From a virus, in IMG/VR virus record IMGVR_UViG_3300045988_159892, positions 1 through 36,017 of that record: 36,017 bases of DNA. The stretch is one strand, 5' to 3'. Position numbers and translations under genes: made by a program. This document shows, piece after piece, positions 1-7,231 of this stretch (position 1 is its first letter; each line of letters starts with the position of its first letter). Under the pieces are notes generated by a model. The model had not been told where the DNA came from and ran no database searches. It saw nothing but the letters and a program-made list of their open reading frames with translations.

Positions 1-22
1 TCTTCGCGCAAGTGTTTCAGAA

Positions 23-63
23 CATGCAGCTCCGCTCTTTGTGGCGGGGCTGCATGTTTTTTT
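23..63 (+). terminator. Rho-independent terminator of an upstream (off-window) plus-strand gene or RNA
   Basis: 13-bp stem (23-35 pairs with 44-56, one G.U), 8-nt loop, then T7 at 57-63. Confidence 0.8.
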
Positions 64-80
64 GTGCGATATGGTGAAGT

Positions 81-163
81 GGGGGGGGCTGATTGTGTGT
101 GGAGAGGGGGGGGAAGCGAAAGAGGGAACGCTGTGGTAGTGTGAAATGATAGATAGGGGGGGG
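81..163 (+). repeat. Three G8 homopolymer tracts in a C-poor non-coding stretch
   Basis: GGGGGGGG at 81-88, 106-113 and 156-163, plus GGGG at 171-174. No ORF of 60 aa or more in any frame across 1-535. Confidence 0.9.
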
Positions 164-244
164 AGTACGAGGGGCAGAAATGCGCTTTGGTCCGAATCGC
201 GTGCTGAGAGAGTAGTGGTGATCCGGGAAGTTTTTTCAGGAGTA

Positions 245-266
245 GGCCCGGCAGAGGCCCGGCAGA
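245..266 (+). repeat. Perfect tandem duplication of the 11-bp unit GGCCCGGCAGA
   Basis: 245-255 and 256-266 are identical. Confidence 0.9.
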
Positions 267-290
267 GGTGTTTTTGATGCTGTAGGTGGG

Positions 291-330
291 CTGCAAAACG
301 AAAGAAACCTGCTGTGTGTCAGCAGGTTTC
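291..330 (-). terminator. Hairpin with a T-rich tail on the minus strand
   Basis: Perfect 11-bp stem 304-314/320-330 with a 5-nt loop. On the minus strand it is followed by TTTCGTTTT. No minus-strand gene lies immediately to its right, so its role is unclear (host remnant?). Confidence 0.5.
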
Positions 331-473
331 GCGTAGTGGATAGGGGACTATACCTTATAGAAAGCATTGAAACAAATCATTTCAATATGCTTTATTCTAT
401 TGTTGGTTATCAGCATATTGCGGCATAACTGTAAATCAAAGCAAAGCATAATGTTTCATTCCCTTTTGCAGCA

Positions 474-495
474 AGTCGCCAAAATGTCGCCAAAA
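474..495 (+). repeat. Direct repeat GTCGCCAAAA x2 (11-bp period) just upstream of the integrase promoter
   Basis: 475-484 and 486-495 are identical. They lie 12-30 nt upstream of the -33 element. Confidence 0.85.
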
Positions 496-506
496 ACTCG
501 GCAAGG

Positions 507-538
507 TTGCACAATGTAAATAAACTTCATTATCTTTG
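507..538 (+). promoter_or_regulatory. Bacteroidota-type promoter for the integrase
   Basis: -33 TTG within TTGCACAATGT (507-517), a 21-nt spacer, then -7 box TAtcTTTG (531-538). The ATG is at 557. Confidence 0.6.
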
Positions 539-556
539 CCATACATCTTTAGATAT

Positions 557-1906
557 ATGGCTACTGTTTATTTTTCCTTGTCGAGGAAAGAATCTGCTGC
601 GACACCAGGACTGCACGAGATTCTCGTGCGCTTTTGTCATGGACGCATCAACCTGCGGGCAAAGTCGGGCATATTCGTAAGGTCTGAATATTGGGACGAA
701 AGATTACAGCAAGTTGTTATTCCGAGATTCCGCATCATGTCGGCAGAACAACGTGCCGCAATAGAGGAGCTGTCCTGCACGCAGAATAACCTGCAAGAGT
801 TGCAGGCTTCCATCATGTCAGAGTTTATAAACGCCGGATCAGGAAAGGTGCCTTTGCATAAGAATTGGCTTTCAGACGTAGTAATATCTATCATGCGTCG
901 CCGGCTAAATCTTTCCAATAGCGCAAAAAGCAAGTTCTTCGAGGCGTGGGATAGATTTATAGAGAGTAAACAGGTAAGCGCCCGACGCAAAGCTATGTTC
1001 AAGGTGGTGCGCAACATGATGTGGCGATATGAGCGTGTTGAAAGAATGCGCAATCCATCATTCTACTTATCTTTTGATGCCATGACAAATCGCACGTTAT
1101 TGTACTTTGAACGTTTCTTATTGGAAGAAGTAGAATATGTGGATCAGTATCCGCAAATATATAAGAATGTTCCCGATAGAGACTTACCAAAGCACCGAGG
1201 GCCTAATACCATATCGCATCGTATGGCGATTTTGCGGACGTTCATAATTTGGGCGATTGACAATGAACTGACAACAAACGATCCATTTAAAAAATACAGC
1301 ATAAAAGCTCCTGTTTACGGCACACCTATTTATATAACTATATCGGAGCGCAACACCTTATACCATGCACCTATGCCATCAAAAAGGTTGCAGGTGGTGC
1401 GCGATATATTTGTATTCCAATGTTTGATTGGTTGCCGTGTCGGAGATCTGTTGAAGTTAAAGAGACAAAATATCATGCGCGGAGCTATTGAGTACATTCC
1501 GCATAAAACAAAAGACGGTCGCCCAGAAACAGTGCGAGTTCCGTTGAACGATACGGCAAAGGAGATAATAGCCAGATATGACGATGCCGACAGGGAAGCG
1601 CTATTACCATTTATATCTGCACAGAAGTATAACGATTATATAAAGGAGTGTTTCAAAATTGCTGGACTTGATAGATATGTTACTGTACTTAACACTCAGA
1701 CAAGAGAGTCAGAACAGAAACATTTGTATGAAGTCGCCTCGTCCCATATGGGCCGCCGAACATTTGTCGGGAACTTATACAAACAGGTAAAGGACCCTAA
1801 TCTGGTCGGGGCCTTATCAGGGCATAAGGAAGGCAGCAAAGCTTTTGCCCGCTACCGCGATATTGACGAGGAGATGAAAGTTGACCTTGTAAAACTACTC
1901 GAATAG
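557..1906 (+). CDS. int: Tyrosine-type site-specific integrase
   Basis: The ORF track starts at TTG 536. ATG 557 (MATVYFSL...) fits the promoter better. C-terminal catalytic motifs: LIGCRVGDL (Arg), SHMGRRTF (H-x-x-R), GHKEGSKAFARY (His/Tyr). Confidence 0.92.
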   Translation: MATVYFSLSRKESAATPGLHEILVRFCHGRINLRAKSGIFVRSEYWDERLQQVVIPRFRIMSAEQRAAIEELSCTQNNLQELQASIMSEFINAGSGKVPLHKNWLSDVVISIMRRRLNLSNSAKSKFFEAWDRFIESKQVSARRKAMFKVVRNMMWRYERVERMRNPSFYLSFDAMTNRTLLYFERFLLEEVEYVDQYPQIYKNVPDRDLPKHRGPNTISHRMAILRTFIIWAIDNELTTNDPFKKYSIKAPVYGTPIYITISERNTLYHAPMPSKRLQVVRDIFVFQCLIGCRVGDLLKLKRQNIMRGAIEYIPHKTKDGRPETVRVPLNDTAKEIIARYDDADREALLPFISAQKYNDYIKECFKIAGLDRYVTVLNTQTRESEQKHLYEVASSHMGRRTFVGNLYKQVKDPNLVGALSGHKEGSKAFARYRDIDEEMKVDLVKLLE

Positions 1907-2019
1907 CCTACATAGCGTTCCTTAACTCGCATACTACCGTGTCATGTAGCGGCGCACACCATTCGCTGACTTCAAGCAGCGAGAGCAAATATTTAATCAT
2001 ATCATTCATATAAGTATGA

Positions 2020-2041
2020 AGCCCCTGTTTAAACAGGGGCT
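2020..2041. terminator. Palindromic hairpin between convergent int and the cargo operon
   Basis: AGCCCCTG-TTTAAA-CAGGGGCT, an 8-bp GC-rich stem. It lies between the int stop (1906) and the stop of the 2058-2549 ORF. Confidence 0.55.
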
Positions 2042-2057
2042 ATATTTGCGTATTGTC

Positions 2058-2549
2058 TCATACTTCGAAATACTCGCGTATGAATCGAGGCCGATCCATA
2101 TCCGTGAGTTTCTCGACAGCCATCTTGTAAATAACCAGTGGCAGGTCGGTGTCCGATACGATTTCTTTAAGCGACTTCGCATGGTCGGAATATATCATAT
2201 TGGCAGTAACCCACAATGCATATTTGTTGTACTTGGGTTCATGTTCCATATCTCCACCGAGCGATGTTACAACCGATTCGAACTGAGCAAAGGGCCATTT
2301 TGCTCCCTTCGTGCCATCCTGGTTCTGCAACTCGGACGCTATTTTCTCGGCCTCGGCCTGCGAAAGATAATTATACCATTCTGATGCCTCAAGCTTATCC
2401 AGCCACATCTGCGCCATCTTGGTATTGAGTTCCATCATCTTGTTAAAAGCCCAGCGTTCGGCAGAGCCAAACACCTGCATACGCGAGACGTCTTTTGACG
2501 TCGCCATTTTGTTATACAGATAGTCGTATCTGTTTTTCATATCTTCCAT
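2058..2549 (-). CDS. Hypothetical protein (163 aa)
   Basis: ATG-initiated ORF with protein-like composition. I recognise no motif. Confidence 0.6.
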   Translation of the reverse strand: MEDMKNRYDYLYNKMATSKDVSRMQVFGSAERWAFNKMMELNTKMAQMWLDKLEASEWYNYLSQAEAEKIASELQNQDGTKGAKWPFAQFESVVTSLGGDMEHEPKYNKYALWVTANMIYSDHAKSLKEIVSDTDLPLVIYKMAVEKLTDMDRPRFIREYFEV

Positions 2550-2690
2550 ATTATTAACAATTAGGGCATCCGTTCTTGAATCGAGGGATGGGTTTGTACG
2601 TTACTCTTGTGATACGTGGACGAATCGCCGGCGATGAAGTTGTAATTTGAACAGTTGAAATAATGTTATCTGTAGCTGTTTTCTGTGAAT

Positions 2691-2996
2691 CTATTTCGAC
2701 GGCGGCTTCAGTTTTTTGTTGTTTTTTTGCCATAACTTTTCGTATTTTTCAGCGAGCCATTCCAGCAATAGCCCGAACCAATTGGATATGTATGCCATAA
2801 AAAAGGATAGCGCGACAGCCTCGAAAAAGCCTGATCCAAGAATCAACAGCACAAATAGGGTACCCCACATCGTTGAGCACATAGCACATTCAGCAATCTT
2901 GCTGCAGATCGTGTATGCTTTTTCAACGAACCCCAGATGATGAGCTGTAGAGATCACTACCATCGAGACTGCCGCTATTACTATCCAATGAAACAT
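2691..2996 (-). CDS. Small integral membrane protein (101 aa, about 3 TM segments, several Cys)
   Basis: Hydrophobic segments WIVIAAVSMVVIS, WGTLFVLLILGSGFF and ALSFFMAYISNWFGLLL. Its ATG lies 1 nt after the stop of the upstream ORF. Confidence 0.6.
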   Translation of the reverse strand: MFHWIVIAAVSMVVISTAHHLGFVEKAYTICSKIAECAMCSTMWGTLFVLLILGSGFFEAVALSFFMAYISNWFGLLLEWLAEKYEKLWQKNNKKLKPPSK

Positions 2997-2997
2997 A

Positions 2998-3432
2998 CTA
3001 CGCCGTAGTTACTGTTACCGCCAGCGGAGTCTCCGAAACGAAAGCTCTCGAGCAGGTTTGGCAGGCTGCCGTAGCAATACTGTTTACGGTGCTGCCGGCA
3101 GCGATCGTTACCGCAGTTGGAGCTGTTGCCGAAGCAATCTGGATGTTGAACTCCTGATTGATTGGGAGCGATTTCGTGCAGGCGCATCCTCCGTTGCAGG
3201 GAATATAGTCGATAGTCCCCTGCACCTGAATAGTTACCCCGTACAGGCCCGTGTTAAGCAGCACGGGTGATCCAACTACCGAAAATTGCGGCATAAATAC
3301 CGGAACTTGCGCGGCGCATACCGGATAACACAGTCGCTGCGAAATATTGACGGTGTACTGATACGGCGAGGCTGTCGATCCTGCCGCGAGTTCGGCCGTG
3401 ATAGAGGCCGGTTGAATTTTGTTGCAACTCAT
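2998..3432 (-). CDS. Cys-containing hypothetical protein rich in Ala/Thr/Val/Ser (144 aa)
   Basis: ATG ORF tightly coupled to 2691-2996. Contains CNGGCAC and CQTC. No recognisable family. Confidence 0.55.
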   Translation of the reverse strand: MSCNKIQPASITAELAAGSTASPYQYTVNISQRLCYPVCAAQVPVFMPQFSVVGSPVLLNTGLYGVTIQVQGTIDYIPCNGGCACTKSLPINQEFNIQIASATAPTAVTIAAGSTVNSIATAACQTCSRAFVSETPLAVTVTTA

Positions 3433-3458
3433 ATCTTTGAAGAGTTAAGTGATACCAC

Positions 3459-3935
3459 CTATTGTCCTATTGTTTCCGCGCCGGTGGCTGTAGGCTCGGA
3501 TGTAGTCGTGATGTCTGTCTTTAGGACATAATCATCGCTCTTCTTGATTGGGAGGTTGCAATCGAGATATTTCTTGAACTCTTTGAGATCGTTTTCGTCT
3601 AATTTGACATATCCATCCAGCAATTCAACGTGTCCAGCGGCTATGCCTTTGTCGGCAAGAGCATGAAATATTGCGGGAATAGCACTGTCAGGAATCTTCG
3701 ATAACTGCGCTTCAAGTATTGGCCGTACCAATACATCGCCACTTATCGATCCTAATCCAGATGATAACTCTTGTGCCATAGAGTAATTGGGTGATACGAT
3801 GCCTATTCTCTTAAGCATATTTTCTGCGGGAGTTATCCAAGAAGCTCGAGATACCCATCCAGAAATAATCGTAGGATATATAGGTTCGATGAACTTCAAT
3901 ATTATTTTGGTGAGGATTTGTGCGTTTGTAAACAT
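3459..3935 (-). CDS. Hypothetical protein (158 aa)
   Basis: ATG ORF with protein-like composition and no motif I recognise. Confidence 0.6.
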   Translation of the reverse strand: MFTNAQILTKIILKFIEPIYPTIISGWVSRASWITPAENMLKRIGIVSPNYSMAQELSSGLGSISGDVLVRPILEAQLSKIPDSAIPAIFHALADKGIAAGHVELLDGYVKLDENDLKEFKKYLDCNLPIKKSDDYVLKTDITTTSEPTATGAETIGQ

Positions 3936-3954
3936 GACTTTGAGATTTTGGGGT

Positions 3955-4001
3955 TAAATAAAAAGAGCGGGGAGAAACCCGTTTTACGAGTTCCCCTCCG
4001 C
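3955..4001 (-). terminator. Intrinsic terminator after the 4009-4500 gene
   Basis: On the minus strand, a 12-bp stem (4001-3990 / 3978-3967; one mismatch, two G.U) is followed by TCTTTTTATTTA. Confidence 0.6.
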
Positions 4002-4008
4002 TTGCCGG

Positions 4009-4500
4009 CTACTGATTGCAACTCAGGTCGCAAACATTTTTAGCCGGAATGACCAACTGCGACAGCGACTGCAGCTGTGCAATTTGTCCCTGCATACAGC
4101 TGATGGTAGCTGTTGCGGTTGCATTCATCGTCGCCTGTTGCAGGTTGATAGCAGCCTGTGCGTCCTTGTTGGCCAGCACCTGTGCCTCTACGCCGCGAAT
4201 CTGCCCTTGAAGGTCTTTGTACGCCTCGACGATCTTCTGGTCGGTGTACTTGTCAGCCTCCAGCAGAGCGATGTGCGAATCCTTTGCGTTGAGTTGCTCA
4301 ACGAGATTCAGTTCATAACGGTTTACAAACTGGTTCTCGCTGCACGACGCAACGGCACCGTTACGCATACCTACACCCAGATTCCCGAGATCGAATCCCA
4401 GAAGAGATGCGATACCTGCGATAGCTCCAGCAGTGTTGAAGTTGCCCTGACCTTGGCCAGTTACATGGTACGAATGGCCATCTGCACCTTTGATTTCCAT
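4009..4500 (-). CDS. Hypothetical protein with a Gly-rich N-terminus and a coiled-coil-like Q/A-rich C-terminal half (163 aa)
   Basis: ATG ORF. GQGQGNFNTAGAIAGIASLLGF, then heptad-like LQGQIRGVEAQVLANKDAQAAINLQQ, ending CDLSCNQ. Confidence 0.6.
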   Translation of the reverse strand: MEIKGADGHSYHVTGQGQGNFNTAGAIAGIASLLGFDLGNLGVGMRNGAVASCSENQFVNRYELNLVEQLNAKDSHIALLEADKYTDQKIVEAYKDLQGQIRGVEAQVLANKDAQAAINLQQATMNATATATISCMQGQIAQLQSLSQLVIPAKNVCDLSCNQ

Positions 4501-4572
4501 AAAGCTTTGTGTTTAATACTCCGGCACTATTGCCGGTATCACAAAGGTCTTAAGGTGTGGCAGGTAAGGCAA

Positions 4573-4869
4573 TTAGATATGTTCAAGTTTCGTACGGATT
4601 GCGTCCGCATTCTGCCTGATAAGATTCCCGTGCAATTTAACACGTAAATCAAACAACTTATGAAGCCTGCGGACACTATGAGGCGACACATTAATAAGTT
4701 TAGATATTTCGGAGGCGTTCAATCCTTTCTCAAAGAGGAAATGCACAAGTATACAACGTGCATCAACTACTTCTGCTCGTCTACATCCGCTTGTTATCTC
4801 CGCAGAACTGATTTCTGTCTCTTTAGTTACCGCTGCAAGGATAATAAGAAAAATTTTTGTCCGGCACAT
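4573..4869 (-). CDS. Small HTH protein resembling DnaA domain IV (DnaA C-terminal-like)
   Basis: Pattern RRAEVVDARCILVHFLFEKGLNASEISKLINVSPHSVRR resembles the DnaA C-terminal DNA-binding helix-turn-helix. Assigned from memory of that motif only. Confidence 0.5.
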   Translation of the reverse strand: MCRTKIFLIILAAVTKETEISSAEITSGCRRAEVVDARCILVHFLFEKGLNASEISKLINVSPHSVRRLHKLFDLRVKLHGNLIRQNADAIRTKLEHI

Positions 4870-4911
4870 ATTGATTTTTCAAATACTTTCCATATATTTG
4901 TTTAACTCTCT

Positions 4912-4974
4912 CAAACAAAACAATTCCACAACAACCGAATTTAAGGCTTTTATGCCCCCGCTCGGCTGTTGTGG
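4912..4974 (-). terminator. Intrinsic terminator after the lysis cassette, nested inside a longer inverted repeat
   Basis: On the minus strand, a 13-bp stem (4974-4962 / 4938-4926, one mismatch) is followed by AATTGTTTTGTTTG. An outer 12-bp inverted repeat lies at 4904-4915 / 4991-5002. Confidence 0.65.
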
Positions 4975-5051
4975 CGTTGTTTCCCGGACTTTTGAGAGAG
5001 TTTTCTGGAAATAGTAGCGGGGGCTTTTTATACCCGCCCCCAAAGGCATAA

Positions 5052-5687
5052 TCACTTACTCCATATTGGAACCGATGCTTTTATGCCGATGCGCGGCGCC
5101 GGCGATTTAAATATATTATCTGCCCCAAACGTTGCGCTAATTGTGGCGAATCTTAGATCAACAGCAAAGTCGATTTCAGCAAACGGCGTCCAGCCAATAC
5201 GCGAATATTCTGTGCCGGCGCCCGCTGAAAATATAAACTTCGATCGTGATTTTACAGTTCGAGTAATCGTAGTGTTGTAAGTCTCAAAATAATCCAATCT
5301 TGGAGATAATGATCCGATAACAGGCCCAACTACACGCGCATAATATGTAGAGTCTTTATATTCTATCGTACGAATAATAACCTGCATTTTAATACTGTCA
5401 TTATTCGTTACAGAATCTATATCAATAGCTCCATTATTCGGGACTATAATACTATCCGCTTCGTCATATATTTTTACTATCTTAGGCGGAGCAAACAGCC
5501 ATTTTGGGACATTGACCGATATTAAGTCATCGGATATGCTAAATGGCATAGGTTTCCAGTAAAATACTGTATCAATGCGTACTGTTTCGTCAACAATGGA
5601 TTCATTATTATTCTTGCCGAGCCACCAGCCAAGCAGAAATAATAAGGCGCATATGATAGGTATTATGATTATTCTTACGGTCTTCAT
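5052..5687 (-). CDS. N-terminally membrane-anchored protein, possible lysis accessory (spanin-like position)
   Basis: I place the start at ATG 5685-5687 (MKTVRIIIIPIICALLFLLGWW...), which overlaps the upstream stop as ATGA. The C-terminal part has alternating beta-like character. The function is positional inference. Confidence 0.6.
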   Translation of the reverse strand: MKTVRIIIIPIICALLFLLGWWLGKNNNESIVDETVRIDTVFYWKPMPFSISDDLISVNVPKWLFAPPKIVKIYDEADSIIVPNNGAIDIDSVTNNDSIKMQVIIRTIEYKDSTYYARVVGPVIGSLSPRLDYFETYNTTITRTVKSRSKFIFSAGAGTEYSRIGWTPFAEIDFAVDLRFATISATFGADNIFKSPAPRIGIKASVPIWSK

Positions 5688-6112
5688 CGAATGCTTTGTA
5701 TAAAGAGATCCCAACCGGATTCTACATCTCGCATATGAGCATTTATGCCATTTTCATATGCCGACATAGCTGCAACAACAGCGATCATGATATCTTTATT
5801 AGTTGTTGTAATGCGCACATCGGGAGATACTAACGATCGTTCAGAAACGAATTCGACATACTTGTCTGTATTGTTCTCGGTGGATGGCGCCCAACGCGAT
5901 ATCAATTTTCGCAAAGTATCCAACCCATATTTGCGCTGGTAGTTGTTGAGCAACTTGAAAGCTGCTCGATAGCCATATGCTATTGATGTGAATTGTGCAA
6001 AACGGCTGTCAGCCGATGGCACTATTTCACCTTGCCACGGGTTACTGCCTTTAGTCTTCTCAATATTCAGCGGATTATTGTTCCGCAAACCTCTTGGCTG
6101 AGACATGATCAT
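5684..6112 (-). CDS. Putative cell-wall hydrolase / endolysin-like protein (142 aa)
   Basis: N-terminal RNNNPLNIEK motif, which I recall from phage virion/lysin-type proteins. Lies between two small membrane proteins, with ATGA overlaps on both sides. Confidence 0.55.
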   Translation of the reverse strand: MIMSQPRGLRNNNPLNIEKTKGSNPWQGEIVPSADSRFAQFTSIAYGYRAAFKLLNNYQRKYGLDTLRKLISRWAPSTENNTDKYVEFVSERSLVSPDVRITTTNKDIMIAVVAAMSAYENGINAHMRDVESGWDLFIQSIR

Positions 6113-6288
6113 TCCTCCTTTTCTTTTTGACGATCATACCATATTTTCGCCAATACGCCGGCTATAAAGCCTACTGCCGCTGATATTGTCGATGCAATGC
6201 GTACGCTATTGGGCAGAATGTTGAATACTATGATCAGCACGATCGCTGCAGCGGTGCCAATCAGAATTTTTTTTGTTGTTGTAGTCAT
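6109..6288 (-). CDS. 59-aa two-TM protein, holin candidate (absent from the ORF track because it is under 60 aa)
   Basis: My own translation: MTTTTKKILIGTAAAIVLIIVFNILPNSVRIASTISAAVGFIAGVLAKIWYDRQKEKEE. Its TGA overlaps the endolysin-like ATG (ATGA at 6109-6112). Confidence 0.6.
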   Translation of the reverse strand: MTTTTKKILIGTAAAIVLIIVFNILPNSVRIASTISAAVGFIAGVLAKIWYDRQKEKEE

Positions 6289-6299
6289 AATATTAATTT

Positions 6300-6908
6300 T
6301 TATAGTTTGGACTTTACTTCTGGAAGAATATATTGGATCGCACTTGCTGCATCAGATAGCATTTTGCGAGCAAAGACTGGATCACATTCCATAGTATGAG
6401 TATATTCAAGAAATATCGATCCTTTCCAATTATTCTCATCATCAATCAACCTACGTATAATAGCTGATACACCGCCATTTGTTGCGAGAATAGCTCTTGC
6501 CTTTTTATCCTTGACCTCATCGTTTACATTCTTATAAAACATGAACTCACGTGATGAAAGCTCTGCTGCAAACGATGCTATATCAGAAATATGCATATTC
6601 TGAATCACTGGTTTCATAGCCGCTATTCCATTACGCTTCACTTCTAAAGAGATGGATACATAATGATTAACCCGCTCAGGGTGAGGTTGTAGAATATATA
6701 CCCGATCTACTGCAAGTTCATGAAGAATCTGCCATAAAATGCCGTATATTTTAGCGACGTTCTCACTTCGTTTTGAGCTCTTCTCTTGCTCTTCGCGTTT
6801 CCATTGTTCGATCTTTGCGTCTGTAGTCTTATTCTTGGTGTACTGATTGTACGAAAACCACGCTGCAATAATCACTCCGAGGGCTGTAATGATTTGTGCA
6901 ATATCCAT
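6300..6908 (-). CDS. Single-pass membrane-anchored protein with a soluble domain of about 150 aa and unknown function
   Basis: TM segment IITALGVIIAAWF, a charged linker, then a globular-looking domain. Sits between the tail genes and the lysis genes. Confidence 0.6.
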   Translation of the reverse strand: MDIAQIITALGVIIAAWFSYNQYTKNKTTDAKIEQWKREEQEKSSKRSENVAKIYGILWQILHELAVDRVYILQPHPERVNHYVSISLEVKRNGIAAMKPVIQNMHISDIASFAAELSSREFMFYKNVNDEVKDKKARAILATNGGVSAIIRRLIDDENNWKGSIFLEYTHTMECDPVFARKMLSDAASAIQYILPEVKSKL

Positions 6909-6919
6909 TGTCTTTATTA

Positions 6920-7231
6920 TTAATAAATTAAGTATATTACTATTATAACCGTCCAGATTCTTATGCCTCCAATGATTGTGGCAATAATATCTTTCCAGTC
7001 AGGACTGGTGTCATAGATCAGGTCTTTCCAGAGCGCACAGCTTACAGTCGCTACAAGTGAACAGGCTAAGGCTATAACCAAAATTATTTTTGTGCTGGCG
7101 ATTAGACCAAACATCATTACAAAAATGAAACTCCAAGCAGCAATACGTGAACCTAAAGCATCATGCTGATATTTATCCTTCGGGATATTTGAAAGGATTT
7201 CAAATAGCTTATTCAATAATTTCTTTATCAT
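6920..7231 (-). CDS. Small integral membrane protein (103 aa, about 3 TM)
   Basis: Hydrophobic segments AAWSFIFVMMFGLIA, IILVIALACSLVATV and IWTVIIVIYLIY. ATGA overlap with the tail gene stop. Confidence 0.6.
   Translation of the reverse strand: MIKKLLNKLFEILSNIPKDKYQHDALGSRIAAWSFIFVMMFGLIASTKIILVIALACSLVATVSCALWKDLIYDTSPDWKDIIATIIGGIRIWTVIIVIYLIY

Noticed and set aside
81-174. Confident G-quadruplex call for the G8 tracts
   Set aside because: The tracts are separated by 17 and 42 nt, which are long loops, so G4 formation cannot be asserted from the sequence. They are reported only as unusual homopolymers.
536-556. TTG start at 536 for the integrase, as given in the ORF track
   Set aside because: The TTG lies inside the predicted -7 promoter box (531-538). 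ATG 557 (MATVYF...) is the plausible start.
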